From positions 186,702-250,701 of the forward strand of contig CP066690.1 in assembly GCA_016432465.1 (NCBI GenBank): a stretch of DNA of 64,000 nucleotides, written 5' to 3'. Below are positions 1 through 10,030 of the stretch, piece by piece (position 1 is the stretch's first letter; each line of letters opens with the position of its first letter). The notes under the pieces were generated by a model, which had not been told where the DNA came from, did not search any database, and saw only the letters and a list, made by a program, of their open reading frames with translations. A program made the translations under genes and the position numbers. The DNA is from Candidatus Sungiibacteriota bacterium. GTDB taxonomy: Bacteria; Patescibacteriota; Minisyncoccia; Sungbacterales; HO2-52-23.

Positions 1-504
1 CGCGGATAAAAGATACCAATTCTTGTTTTTCCAGCCCCGTATAAATCCCCAGAGTCCAAAAATCATAGCGGCCGAGAGCGGAACGTCAAGACGCAGCTGC
101 CTTGCGGCCGCGGGAAAAATTCCGGAAAAAAGCAGAATAAACCCTGACAGGACAGCCACTGTAAAATTATTGGTAAGCGTACGGGTCAGAAGATACACGC
201 CGTAGACTGCCGCAACCCCAAAGAGGGCAGAAGGCAGACGCATAGCAAACTCATTCTCGCCGAGAACCTTTACGCTGCCGGCCGTCAGCCAAAAAAGAAG
301 CGGCGGCTTATCAATCCAATCCTCGCCAAACCTTTTAAGAGACCAGAAATCGCCCCCCCGGATGGTATCCTTTACTACAATGGCATATTGCGCCTCGTCA
401 TAATCATAAAGAGGCAACGTACCAAGCTGCCAAAGGTGAAAAAAAAGAGAAAAAGTTATAAGGGCAAGAAGTATACTCTTTTGGCCCCAAGTAGTAGTAG
501 ACAC
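1..504 (-). CDS. ArnT/PMT-like GT-C membrane glycosyltransferase, N-terminal part (runs off window)
   Basis: Manual translation from GTG at 504: ...LGTLPLYDYDEAQY...WIDKPPLLFWL...ENEFAMRLPSAL..., the DE, DKPP and RLPS motifs of GT83/GT39; missing from the ORF track because it is truncated. Confidence 0.85.
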   Translation of the reverse strand, partial: MSTTTWGQKSILLALITFSLFFHLWQLGTLPLYDYDEAQYAIVVKDTIRGGDFWSLKRFGEDWIDKPPLLFWLTAGSVKVLGENEFAMRLPSALFGVAAVYGVYLLTRTLTNNFTVAVLSGFILLFSGIFPAAARQLRLDVPLSAAMIFGLWGFIRGWKNKNWYLLSA

Positions 505-570
505 GTTCTTAGTTTACTGCAACCCACCCTACTTGGTCTAGGTTCTTGTTGTAGTTATGAAATGGGGGAA

Positions 571-607
571 AATCTCAAAACCCCGCGTAACGCGGGGTTT
601 TGAGATT
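571..607. terminator. Perfect palindrome, probable terminator
   Basis: AATCTCAAAACCCCGCGT-A-ACGCGGGGTTTTGAGATT. Confidence 0.55.
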
Positions 608-620
608 CGCAAAATATAAA

Positions 621-782
621 GTTTACCCCCCCACCTTCCCGAATACTCTGTGGTCGAGTCTGACTCGACTGCGGTCTCTTACCCTCCCACCAAAATTTGG
701 CGGGAGAGTGAACCGCAGGATGAAGGGGGTTTTCAAATCCTTCCGCTGGGTCCAATACCCCGCGGAAGGTGGGGGGGTTTAT
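621..782 (-). mobile_element. CCCCCCACCTT-arm palindromic element, long form, with nested REP
   Basis: Arms CCCCCCACCTT (627) and AAGGTGGGGGG (776), flanked by GTTTAC/GTTTAT; reverse complement resembles 39165-39354; contains GTCGAGTCTGACTCGAC (653-669). Confidence 0.75.
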
Positions 783-1465
783 CTCTTTAGCTGCTGAATT
801 TTATCAGTAACGGCTTTAATCTGGGTCTGCAAAAGTTTAAGCTGGGCTTTTTCAATTTGCTCCTTAATTACCTTAAGTTGAACGTCCGTTGGCGTCTGCA
901 CAGCCGCCTCAACTTTTGGTTTGGCTACGGGGCGCGGCAGAAGACGAATTCTCTCCTCCAATCTTAAGACCTGCTCCCGAAGCAAAACGGCTTGGCGCGC
1001 TTTTAATGATTCCTCCAAAAGCTCGCGGGTTTGCGCCTCTACCCTTGCTTGATCCTCCAGAAGCAAAACAAGCTCTTTTTGAAGTTCCTGAAGTCGCCCG
1101 CCTCCTGCCGTGTCTAACTCTGTCCTCATTTCTTTCAATCGTTTATCAATGCGGTTGGCCTCGTCTTCAATTGCTTTGGGACGCAAAGAGGCAACTGCCT
1201 GCTCCAGAAGCTTTTTTTGCTGCTCCAGTGTTTTTAGCATCTCCTCGGGCGGAGGTGTGGGTGCGGGTTTGGGCGCCGGTGCCGGTGGTTGCTCAACCTT
1301 TAACTTCAGGGTTTGCTCCTGAATTAATTTAAGTCTTTCCTTAATTAGTTTTAACTGAATAACCCGAAGCTGATCCTGAATTGCGCTCACACTGGCAAAA
1401 CCAGAACTTGTGCCTAAGAAAAAGGCAAGCAGAAGAACGGCTAAAATAAGCTGGGGACGATTCAT
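779..1465 (-). CDS. Secreted coiled-coil protein
   Basis: Signal-peptide-like N-terminus, long Q/L/K heptads; C-terminal helix resembles that of 1470-2729. Confidence 0.75.
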   Translation of the reverse strand: MNRPQLILAVLLLAFFLGTSSGFASVSAIQDQLRVIQLKLIKERLKLIQEQTLKLKVEQPPAPAPKPAPTPPPEEMLKTLEQQKKLLEQAVASLRPKAIEDEANRIDKRLKEMRTELDTAGGGRLQELQKELVLLLEDQARVEAQTRELLEESLKARQAVLLREQVLRLEERIRLLPRPVAKPKVEAAVQTPTDVQLKVIKEQIEKAQLKLLQTQIKAVTDKIQQLKR

Positions 1466-1469
1466 AGAA

Positions 1470-2684
1470 TTATTTCTTCAAGGCGTTTATTTTCTCCTGA
1501 ATAAGCTTAATCTGTTCCTGAATCAGACGCGCTTGAATAGCTTTAATTTGATCCTGAATAGCTTTCATTTGAGCTGCGCTGGCTTGCGGGGTTGGTGCGG
1601 GTGCCGGAGCAGGTGCGGGCGCTGGGGCCGGCACAGGAGTTGACTGACCCTTTTTTAAACCCTCAATTTTGGCCTGAATCTCTTTAATTTTTTCCAAAAT
1701 GGATTGTGGTGTCACAGGAGCCGGAGATGGCGCTGGTGCAGGAACAGCTTGTCCCTTTTTTAACCCCTCAATTTTGGACTGAATCTCTTTAATTTTTTCC
1801 AAAATTGACTGGGCCGTAGGAGCGGCTGGCGCTAAAACAGCTTCCGGCGCCGGCGCAGTTCCAAACAGTTCATTTAGTTTTTTACGCGTTTGGGGACCAA
1901 CGCGGCCCACCTGTGAAATCCCATATTTTGCCTGAAATCTCTTAACCGCTGCTGTAGTTGCCGGACCAAAATAACCCGTAACCAGTCCTTCCGGATAAAT
2001 ACTTTTATCACGCGACAGGAGATCTTGAAGCTGTTTTACGGCATCATCCCGCATTCCCGGGGCAAGATCACGGGCAAAAACCCCAAAAGCCGGCGGCACG
2101 GCCCCAAATTTGGGCGCACCCGGAGTCAGAGCAAGCTTCTGGGCAATCTTGGTTTGGAGTTCAGAAATCTGGGTCTTGAGTTGAGCGACTTTAGAAACGG
2201 TTTCTGTAGTAGGAGTTGGGGGGCCTGATGGAGCGCCGCCTCCTCCGCCACCTCCTCCGCCGCCGCCTCCACCTCCTCCTCCGCCGCCGCTGCCGGTTCC
2301 TGTTCCTCCACCAGAACTGCAGGTACCAGACGGAGTAACTGTTACCGTGGTCTGGCTGTTTGGATCCCGAATAGTTATAGTGGATTCGCTAGAAGTACAA
2401 GTTGTGGTTACGGTTATAGAGGTTGGCGCATCATGAGTGAATTTCTTCCTATCGCCGGATGAGAGCGTTACCCGCCCACCGGAAGACATGGTAAAGGAAA
2501 AGGTCGTGGAGTTAACATTAAAAGAATCAAGCAGGGTATCGCGCATGGTGTACTGCGAACCATCGTCTGGCAACTGTAAGGTTACGTCGCTTTCCAGCGA
2601 AACGTCTGCTGCCCAAACCGCAAAAGGAAAAAGCCACACCGCTAAGAAAAACCATATTGTAAGAACCGCAAGGATTCTTTTCAT
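1470..2684 (-). CDS. Secreted peptidoglycan-binding (PG_binding_1) protein with poly-Gly linker and coiled-coil repeats
   Basis: Likely start MKRILAV; VKQLQDLL..YPEGLVTGYFGPATTAAVKRFQ..GRVGPQTR; poly-G; duplicated QSILEKIKEIQxKIEGLKKGQ. Confidence 0.85.
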   Translation of the reverse strand: MKRILAVLTIWFFLAVWLFPFAVWAADVSLESDVTLQLPDDGSQYTMRDTLLDSFNVNSTTFSFTMSSGGRVTLSSGDRKKFTHDAPTSITVTTTCTSSESTITIRDPNSQTTVTVTPSGTCSSGGGTGTGSGGGGGGGGGGGGGGGGGGAPSGPPTPTTETVSKVAQLKTQISELQTKIAQKLALTPGAPKFGAVPPAFGVFARDLAPGMRDDAVKQLQDLLSRDKSIYPEGLVTGYFGPATTAAVKRFQAKYGISQVGRVGPQTRKKLNELFGTAPAPEAVLAPAAPTAQSILEKIKEIQSKIEGLKKGQAVPAPAPSPAPVTPQSILEKIKEIQAKIEGLKKGQSTPVPAPAPAPAPAPAPTPQASAAQMKAIQDQIKAIQARLIQEQIKLIQEKINALKK

Positions 2685-2786
2685 AAAAAGAGTAAAATTC
2701 TTAAGACCTTTTGCACAATTTGCAGCCAAAATTCTGGAATTGCAGTAGTATTGTTATTGTGCAAGAGATCTTTAAGTGCTAATTAC

Positions 2787-3785
2787 CTAGCGGCAAGCCG
2801 CACCCTGCCACACGGCAGGACCATTAGTAGTTGTGGCGACCAGACTGAAAACATTGCCATCCACATCTTCCATTTCAATGCACCCTCCTTTTCCGTTTGC
2901 TCCTGTAGCCGGACTGGACGAGTAAATGCGCAGAGTAGCGGTGGCTGCCTGACTGCTAATAAGGACAAGGCCGTCACCATCTACAGACAATTTTGCTCCC
3001 GGAGTTGAAGTGCCAATACCTATTCGTGCTTGGGAATCAACTACAAAGGTTGAACTCGCGCTTGAGGAACCAATTACCAAAGCATTTAAACCCCCAAAAG
3101 AGTTGACAGCAAACATGGCACTGGGGGTAGAGGTGGCAATACCAACTCTTGCGGGACGACCGGCGCTCTGTGACCCAACAGCCAGAAGAGGAAGACCATA
3201 ACTAGCGGTAGAGGTAGCAAAACTAAAGCCGTTTAATACGTTGGTATTAACAGTGGCCGTGGCGGAGTTGGAAAAAGTAACGGAGTTTGAGGTAACAGTA
3301 AGGGTATCAGCGGCAGCATCTCCTATGGTTACGTTGCCGTAAAATGTTGCGGCCGCGCCCACTAGCAGGGTGCTGGATGCATGCAGTGTTCCGTCAAACC
3401 ACACAATACCGTCAAACTCCGCTTGCCCCTCTACAAAGAAACTATCATCTGCCAAGGACGTGATGTGGCCGGGGTCGGAGTCCGCTCCAATACGGGCGCC
3501 AGATGTTACACTAAGGTCGGCGTTGGCCGAGACATTGCCCGTTGAGGTAAGGGTTCCGCCCACGGATACGTTGTTGCCAATAGTAGTTGCCCAGACGCTT
3601 ACTCCTACAGCAAGAGTTGCGCCTAAAACCAAGGCAAAAATAAATGAAGTCGTACTTTTTAAACGCGGCGTCCTGAAATTTGCGCGGCGAGTCGTCTTTT
3701 TAGATAAGATATGACGAGACGAAGTGTGCTTTCGCATAGTTTTATATAATGAGGCCCCAAAAAGAGGCGCATAGAATTGTCGCAT
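2787..3785 (-). CDS. Surface/fibre-like beta-rich protein with GIGTSTP repeats
   Basis: TM/signal segment then GIATSTP and GIGTSTP motifs, C-terminal GGCIEM..C; true start may be ATG at 3737. Confidence 0.7.
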   Translation of the reverse strand: MRQFYAPLFGASLYKTMRKHTSSRHILSKKTTRRANFRTPRLKSTTSFIFALVLGATLAVGVSVWATTIGNNVSVGGTLTSTGNVSANADLSVTSGARIGADSDPGHITSLADDSFFVEGQAEFDGIVWFDGTLHASSTLLVGAAATFYGNVTIGDAAADTLTVTSNSVTFSNSATATVNTNVLNGFSFATSTASYGLPLLAVGSQSAGRPARVGIATSTPSAMFAVNSFGGLNALVIGSSSASSTFVVDSQARIGIGTSTPGAKLSVDGDGLVLISSQAATATLRIYSSSPATGANGKGGCIEMEDVDGNVFSLVATTTNGPAVWQGAACR

Positions 3786-3894
3786 CTTTGCGGGACAAAA
3801 AATTAAATTAATAAATCCACGAGTTTTAATAATTTGACCTACTTTTCTTATTTTACCCCCTACATATAGGGTGTAAATAGCAAAACCTGTGGAT

Positions 3895-3929
3895 AACTCA
3901 AAGCCCGCTTTTAGGCGGGCTTTGAGTTA
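3895..3929. terminator. Hairpin terminator
   Basis: AACTCAAAGCCCGC-TTTTAG-GCGGGCTTTGAGTT. Confidence 0.55.
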
Positions 3930-3955
3930 TTTAAGTGGTGGTGCAGACAAAAAAC

Positions 3956-4023
3956 CCCGTTAGAGATAAGTCCCGACGTGACGTCGGGACTGCCGATACC
4001 CAAGGCATCGGATCTCTAACGGG
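3956..4023. mobile_element. CCCGTTAGAGA-arm mini-cassette (68 bp) with palindromic cargo
   Basis: CCCGTTAGAGA...TCTCTAACGGG; cargo contains GTCCCGACGT-G-ACGTCGGGAC and a CCGATACC/GGCATCGG hairpin. Confidence 0.75.
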
Positions 4024-4043
4024 GCAAGCAAGATTCCGTAAAA

Positions 4044-4071
4044 GTAAAGACCCCTTTGAGGGGGTCTTTAC
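4044..4071 (-). terminator. Terminator of the S-layer-like gene
   Basis: GTAAAGACCCCT-TTG-AGGGGTCTTTAC about 40 bp after the stop, followed by TTTT on the minus strand. Confidence 0.6.
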
Positions 4072-4110
4072 CGCTAGCACAAGGATCTAGCTTAGGAAGT
4101 CAAACTTCCC

Positions 4111-7100
4111 TTAGTTTGAGAAGACGTTGGAAGACAGGTTGGTAGATGGAAGTCCTGGTACAAGGAAGCCGTTAGTCCAGTCAGTGGTTGAGGTTGCGGT
4201 TGAAATCGTGGTAGAGGTTGACATCGCTGACCACACAAAGTCGTTGTGAATGGCTGCGTTGCCCGAATCAATACCAAGCGCAACCGTAGCTGCTGTACAA
4301 AGCTTACCTCGCCCGGAATCGTGACAGCCTGTATTACCAAGCGCTTGGTCAGCCGTTGTGCTGGGGTTGGCTACGTGAGCAGGACGAGCGGCATCACCTT
4401 CAAGTTGTACGGTAATGGAGTTACCAGTTCCGGATCCGGGGTTAGTAATGTCTCCACGAAGCTCAAAGTATCGGGTTGCTCCGGCAGGAACAACGATTGC
4501 TTCGGTTGTGGAGGCAAGATTAGCCACCGGGCCAAAGAACCATACTACTTCACCAGTACCGCCACCTGCGGTTGAAGGAGCTGCCGGTGTGTTGGACGCA
4601 GTTGAGGTTACAGCCGTAGTAGCTACGTTACAACCGTTGGTGTCATTGTCTAAGTTAGACGAACCAGCACAATCAACATTGGAGCTATGAAGCGGGTTAT
4701 TGTCATACGCCTTAACCGAGAATCCAGAGTCAGTGTAGCCGTAAACGTTGAAGTTAGAAGATGTTGCCGAAACCGTAGAAGACGATACCAAGAAGGTGAA
4801 TTTGTAGAGCGCAATTGGTCCTGCCGCATCTGCCGTTACCTTAAAGCGATACATTACGGCAGCGGTTTGCGGAAGCGTAGTTGAAGGAACGGCAATTTTC
4901 TCAATTGTGGGTATAGATTTCATGATCTGCATGCCATTTCCCTGAACGCTGGGGCCGCTGGCCTGACCCAATCTCGCGCCTGACGACACACCAGTACCGG
5001 TTGAAGAACTGTTGGTGTCGTAGTTAATTGAGAGAATCCGACCGGCAGTGGTAGATGCTGTTACGCTGATGGTTCCTACGTCCGCCTTAACAGTAAGTAT
5101 CTTATCTCCATCTTTTGGCACTACGAAAGGAGCAGAAAGGGTGGAGGTTGCAAACTGCGCAGTTCCTGCCCAAACCGCTTCACCAATCTTAGTGGCGCCG
5201 TCCCACAACGAAACTTTCGTAAAGTCAGAGCTGGATGCTGTGGTGGAGGCGAAAGTAAGGGTGACATCCGTAATATTTACCGCTTCATCAACCGCCGAGT
5301 ACTTCAAGGCAAGCATAGGAACATCGGTCTTTCCTGAAAGAACCAGCGCTGCGGAAGGAGTGGCTCCATCCTTGGTTACGCTGAAAGAACCGGCAGATTT
5401 AATGGTCATAAGCGATCCGGTTCCCGTAGTAATGCTCTCGGTGATGCTTACACCTGTCTTTGCTCCGGAAGAACCAATGTTGGATGCGCCGGCATTAGTG
5501 CCCCAAGAATGGGTGCTATTGGCCGTTGCCGAGGAAGAAATGTTGCACTTAAGGTCAACTTTCTTAATGGTTCCTTTGGGAACAACAAGGTTGGTGGTAA
5601 GCGTGAAGGTGGTGTCATCAGTGGTTCCGGTTGAAGGATCGTCCGGGTTAACTACGTCGGATCCGCTGTTCAATTGCGTTGCGCCGTCATAGAGAATACA
5701 GCTATTCAACTCATCAAAAACACCGTTGGCTGATGCTGTATCTCGCAACTGGATGGAAGTAACCCGTACATCTTCACCTGATGCTACCGCATCAAAGATG
5801 TAGGTTGCGAAGTGGTATCCGTTAACTCCTTTTACTACGTTTTGCGCAAACGGCGTGTCGTTCACTGAAACTTTCAGCGCCGCCGGCTTTACGGTCTGAC
5901 CATTGGCTTGCACCAAGGTGCTAGCCGGAGTTGCGCTAATCGTAAGCCCGGTTATCGTGCCTTTGGCAGTGGTGTTGGACGGGTTAACACCGACTCTAAT
6001 AGTGTCATCCGCAACAAAGGAGGAATCAAGTTTGGCTTTTACAATATAAACATTGGCTCCTACTGGTGCGGTCCAGGTGTCTGTCCAAGCTACCTTACCA
6101 CTGGCTGGGTCTTTAGGACCAGCAACAATTCCGCCCTTGCTATCATACAGGGATACGCTCGTAACATCAGTTGATGTTCCGTTACCGGTAAAGGTGAAGT
6201 TTAAATCTATGGCCGTGAACTGAATGGGCTCGCCTTTTACGTCAAAAGTAAGGGCGCCAATCTCAATGTCAGACACCTCAACCGGAATGTTTCCGGAAGC
6301 AATCTTGTTAGAGCTTGAGAGAAGCACTGATCCTTTATCAATTGTTCCGGCATAAGCGTTGAAGAATGGCTCCTGATTAGAGGAGAATGCTCCCGCGCCA
6401 GCCGTACCGGATGATCCGCCGCCTACCACAATGTGGTAGCCGTAAAGTCTGCCTTGTACCACAATGTCTGCCTTCTTAAGAATGTCAAAGTCAAAGGTTC
6501 TGCCCGAACCGTCAACAACATCAATTTTTACAGATAAATCAATGTTGCCTCCCTTAATAACTTTTATGGGTTCGGTAAATTTGACAATGTAGTATTTGCC
6601 GTCAGAAGAAAGCTCTGTTGGGTACTCTTTATCTCCGGCTTTTACCACTACGTTCTTAAGGTCGGATTTGGCTGCAGATCCGGCTTGGTTGAAGCGAATC
6701 TGCCTAAAGTCAACATCTTCTGCCGAACCAACCGATGCTTTAACAGATGCCGCGTAGTAACCAACTGTTCCTACGTTTTTGGTGTTGGCAGCACCGGGAT
6801 CAAGCGAACCAATAGTCATGGTTACGCTTCCAATAGTCAGGGTGTTGTTGAAGGTCATTCCATTTCCGTCAATGGGGAACGTGCCGTTTACTTTAGAAGT
6901 ACCGGCGTCTATGGAAAGAACAGTCAACCGTCCTACCTGACCGGTTTGGTTGGTTAGGGAAGAAGCCGAGTTTACTGCAATAGTAACTGTCTTGGAAGTA
7001 CCTGCCTTAACCACCAAGCCATCCGTAAGGGTTGCTTTATGCTCCGAAGTTAAGGTCTTGGAGTTCCCAATCTGCGTTCCGTCCTCATCAAGGAGGAGAA

Positions 7101-7776
7101 TCCCGTCAAAAGCTGCGTCGTCGGCAAGTCCGCGGCGCTCAACAACAACGTTTTTCACTGTTACGTCGCCGTCGGCGCTCGCCGTAAGAATCATTTTGAC
7201 AAAAGGAACGCGTGAAGCAGACTGCGGAACCAATGTTGCCACTGGTTGTTCAGCCGGCGAAGTTACCGTAAGTCCGGAACCAACTGCTACTGAAACAGCT
7301 GGCGCTGCCGGAGCTCCGGGCGCTGCAGGAACTGCAGGCGCTGCCGCTACCACAGAATCATATTTGGCTCGTGAAATTGGACCAAAGTATCCTACGGCAG
7401 GCGATACGCCATTGGCTGCCTGCCATGCGGCTACTGCCGCTTTAGTTACACCACCGAAGTATCCGGTCGCGCCGCCAGAATAGGTGAAGTGGCCAGTACC
7501 GGTGAGATAGTTCTGTAGACATGTCACATCATCACCACGGGACCCCACCGTAAGGGCTCTGGTGAAAGAACACTTTGCTCCCGCACCTGCGGCTGGCGCT
7601 GCTGGCGCGCCGGAAAGTGCAAGAAGTTGTGCTTGGAGAGCTGCAATTTGCGCTGATAATTGCTCAATGGTGTGGGCCGTGGTGTGGTCCGCCACTGCGG
7701 CAATTGGCACTAAAACAGCTGCTCCGGAAATGGCAATAGTGCTTAGCACTGTTACCACTCTAAATTTTATACTCAT
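4111..7776 (-). CDS. Large S-layer-like/pilin-like surface protein with N-terminal PG-binding domain
   Basis: Signal peptide, LQAQL coiled coil, CSFTRALTVGSRGDDVTCLQ..TGYFG..T PG_binding_1, then repeated Ig-like T/S/G-rich domains; 1221 aa. Confidence 0.8.
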   Translation of the reverse strand: MSIKFRVVTVLSTIAISGAAVLVPIAAVADHTTAHTIEQLSAQIAALQAQLLALSGAPAAPAAGAGAKCSFTRALTVGSRGDDVTCLQNYLTGTGHFTYSGGATGYFGGVTKAAVAAWQAANGVSPAVGYFGPISRAKYDSVVAAAPAVPAAPGAPAAPAVSVAVGSGLTVTSPAEQPVATLVPQSASRVPFVKMILTASADGDVTVKNVVVERRGLADDAAFDGILLLDEDGTQIGNSKTLTSEHKATLTDGLVVKAGTSKTVTIAVNSASSLTNQTGQVGRLTVLSIDAGTSKVNGTFPIDGNGMTFNNTLTIGSVTMTIGSLDPGAANTKNVGTVGYYAASVKASVGSAEDVDFRQIRFNQAGSAAKSDLKNVVVKAGDKEYPTELSSDGKYYIVKFTEPIKVIKGGNIDLSVKIDVVDGSGRTFDFDILKKADIVVQGRLYGYHIVVGGGSSGTAGAGAFSSNQEPFFNAYAGTIDKGSVLLSSSNKIASGNIPVEVSDIEIGALTFDVKGEPIQFTAIDLNFTFTGNGTSTDVTSVSLYDSKGGIVAGPKDPASGKVAWTDTWTAPVGANVYIVKAKLDSSFVADDTIRVGVNPSNTTAKGTITGLTISATPASTLVQANGQTVKPAALKVSVNDTPFAQNVVKGVNGYHFATYIFDAVASGEDVRVTSIQLRDTASANGVFDELNSCILYDGATQLNSGSDVVNPDDPSTGTTDDTTFTLTTNLVVPKGTIKKVDLKCNISSSATANSTHSWGTNAGASNIGSSGAKTGVSITESITTGTGSLMTIKSAGSFSVTKDGATPSAALVLSGKTDVPMLALKYSAVDEAVNITDVTLTFASTTASSSDFTKVSLWDGATKIGEAVWAGTAQFATSTLSAPFVVPKDGDKILTVKADVGTISVTASTTAGRILSINYDTNSSSTGTGVSSGARLGQASGPSVQGNGMQIMKSIPTIEKIAVPSTTLPQTAAVMYRFKVTADAAGPIALYKFTFLVSSSTVSATSSNFNVYGYTDSGFSVKAYDNNPLHSSNVDCAGSSNLDNDTNGCNVATTAVTSTASNTPAAPSTAGGGTGEVVWFFGPVANLASTTEAIVVPAGATRYFELRGDITNPGSGTGNSITVQLEGDAARPAHVANPSTTADQALGNTGCHDSGRGKLCTAATVALGIDSGNAAIHNDFVWSAMSTSTTISTATSTTDWTNGFLVPGLPSTNLSSNVFSN

Positions 7777-8113
7777 AGGTTTATAAGTTCTATTTAATCT
7801 GGAAACCTATTCCTGCCTTCTGTAGTTACAGATTGCAGGAGGGCTTCCTGTGGACGAAGCGCTCATTTTTTATGTGTCGACGAATTGCACATAAACTAGG
7901 GGCGCTTTTTAATTTATTAATTGATAAACAAATAAATGTGGAGTCAAGCCTGCACCCGCGCTTCTTGCGAAGCACGAGATCGACCGGACCTTGAATCTCC
8001 AGACGATCAAATTTCTAAGTTATAAGATTTTTGCCTTTTAAGTTGTCAAGGTTCCCTCCGTTCAACCGTAAATCATTCTTGCAAGCCACATATCAAGCAA
8101 GTCTATCTTTTTA

Positions 8114-8142
8114 AGTATACCGGCCTGATATATGATTTGCAA
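8114..8142 (-). promoter_or_regulatory. Sigma70-like promoter of the S-layer-like gene
   Basis: Minus strand TTGCAA-17 bp-TATACT. Confidence 0.5.
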
Positions 8143-8359
8143 ACAAGCCCCTGTGGATATTGTAAACCAGCCCAAAAATGGCTTTCTTGCCGAAAATTAT
8201 GAAAGGTAAAACATGCTAGTAACTTAATTATAAGTCCGGTGGGGAACCGCGCAAGCTGCATTTATCCACAGGCTTTTTTGATGATTTATATAAGCTATTA
8301 CAGCAGTCAAAATCCGTCAATATTGTCAGATTTAAAGATTTGTTGTCTAGAGTATCAAG

Positions 8360-9226
8360 TTATCTGACAGTCTTTAAATACCTCCTAAACTCTTTGCCAA
8401 CTTCGGAGTGTTTAAGCCCAAAATCTATTACTGCCCGTAGATAACCAAGCTTATCGCCGCAATCATACCACTCCCCTTTTACCTCGTAGGCGTAAAAACG
8501 GCCACCATCCTTTATATATTTATCAAGGGCTGGTGGGATGTAGATTTCTCCATTTGAGGCTGGTTTAACCTTGGCTAGGTACTCAAAAATCTCGGGGGTA
8601 AAAATATATTTAACAAATATGGCGAGGTTTGAGGGCGCTGTGCCCGGTTTTGGCTTCTCAATGGTGCCGGTAACCCGCCAAGTACGGGGCGCTATCTTTT
8701 TTCCTGCGATAACTCCGTATTTATGTATTTCGCTGTCAGATACTCTGGCTACTCCGACTACCGGCGCCCGATATTTTTTAAAAATACGTACTAGTTGTTT
8801 TAAGGCAGGGGGCTTGGCATCAATAATATCATCCCCTGACATAATCGCGACCGGCTCTTTACCCAGAAGAGGACGCGCCTGTAAAACCGCATCCCCAATA
8901 CCGCGTGGCTCTTTTTGGCGCACAAAAGAAAAAAAGGCCATTGAGGATATTTTTCTAACGGTCCGGGCAAGCTCTGATTTGCCCTTTGCCTCAAGATATG
9001 ATTCAAGCTCTGACGCATGGTCAAAGTGATCCTCAATCGCGCGTTTACCGCGCCCGGTAATTAAAATAACCTCTTTCATGCCTGAAGCCACTGCTTCTTC
9101 AACAAGGTACTGGATCACTGGCTTATCCACAATAGGCAACATTTCTTTGGGTTGGGCTTTAGTAGCGGGAAGAAATCTAGTCCCAAAGCCGCCCACCGGA
9201 ATAATAACCTTTTTTATATCGGTCAT
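8360..9226 (-). CDS. galU: UTP-glucose-1-phosphate uridylyltransferase
   Basis: GGFGTRFLPATKAQPKEMLPIVDKP, VRQKEPRGIGDA, IEKP, WYDCG. Confidence 0.95.
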   Translation of the reverse strand: MTDIKKVIIPVGGFGTRFLPATKAQPKEMLPIVDKPVIQYLVEEAVASGMKEVILITGRGKRAIEDHFDHASELESYLEAKGKSELARTVRKISSMAFFSFVRQKEPRGIGDAVLQARPLLGKEPVAIMSGDDIIDAKPPALKQLVRIFKKYRAPVVGVARVSDSEIHKYGVIAGKKIAPRTWRVTGTIEKPKPGTAPSNLAIFVKYIFTPEIFEYLAKVKPASNGEIYIPPALDKYIKDGGRFYAYEVKGEWYDCGDKLGYLRAVIDFGLKHSEVGKEFRRYLKTVR

Positions 9227-9254
9227 TGGCTTGATGTCCTATAGTCCTTTGGTG

Positions 9255-9980
9255 CTATTGGACATTTTTATTAATTGAGTAGGTGGTCCAGCGTTTTTCT
9301 CCTTCTTTCCGGAGGATATCTTTTATAACCAAGTCCTGCAAGTCGCGCTGGATTGTTTTAGTGCTTATCCCAGCGAAATGCGGCACAAAATCGCTGATTT
9401 TTGCTTGTTGGGATTGCTTAAGATGCTCAAGAATCTTATGCTGCCGTTCGTTAATTGATTCGGAGATTGGTGTAAGTCCTTTGTCTTCTTTTGTTGCAAA
9501 TTCCTCCCATGTAGGGAGTTCTTCTTTTTCTGATTCTCGGACAGGTTGCGATTCATTATTAGTAGTCTGGGTTGGGGTTATGATTTCTTCTTGTTTATTT
9601 TCGGTTGCCTTTTTTACCACATCCAGCTCACGATTAAAAAAATCAGCGAGAAAATCATATTCTCGCTCCAAAACCGTAATGTTTATAGGCTTCACAAAAC
9701 GCAGGGAACGCGCAAGGCCTAGATATCCTTTTATGGTATGGATTTTAGCAATTATTGATGTTGCTTCTCGCTCAAAATCAGGCGAATAACCATATTCTGT
9801 GACGCCCCCAAAAATCTCGTTTGCTTTCTCCCGCAGGTTTTTTCGCAATACTTCCCCTTGCGGGAAAAAATCAGTAACGCGATAAAGAGCGAGAGTGAGT
9901 TCAAAAATTCTTCTGTGTAATTCTTTGGTTATTTTGGACTCCAACATACTTTTCAAGTCTACCTGTAAGCCAGAAAACAT
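9255..9980 (-). CDS. Four-helix-bundle domain fused to C-terminal DeoR-type wHTH
   Basis: ELTLALYRVTDFFPQGEVLRKNLR; C-terminal NERQHKIL..STKTIQRDLQDLV..G. Confidence 0.7.
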   Translation of the reverse strand: MFSGLQVDLKSMLESKITKELHRRIFELTLALYRVTDFFPQGEVLRKNLREKANEIFGGVTEYGYSPDFEREATSIIAKIHTIKGYLGLARSLRFVKPINITVLEREYDFLADFFNRELDVVKKATENKQEEIITPTQTTNNESQPVRESEKEELPTWEEFATKEDKGLTPISESINERQHKILEHLKQSQQAKISDFVPHFAGISTKTIQRDLQDLVIKDILRKEGEKRWTTYSINKNVQ

Positions 9981-9997
9981 GTCAAATCACCACTTGA

Positions 9998-10020
9998 CTA
10001 TAGAGGTCGGACCTCTATAG
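9998..10020 (+). repeat. REP palindrome upstream of RAYT
   Basis: CTATAGAGGTC-G-GACCTCTATAG. Confidence 0.9.
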
Positions 10021-10030
10021 AGTAAAAGAT

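Noticed and set aside
2235-2295. (CCN)n tract as a contingency repeat
   Set aside because: Mixed Gly codons encoding a poly-Gly linker; frame-preserving
5048-7786. Long antisense ORFs over major genes throughout the window
   Set aside because: Shadow ORFs opposite well-supported CDSs
9255-9980. Diversity-generating retroelement (Avd-like domain)
   Set aside because: No reverse transcriptase and no adenine-mismatched TR/VR pair noticed
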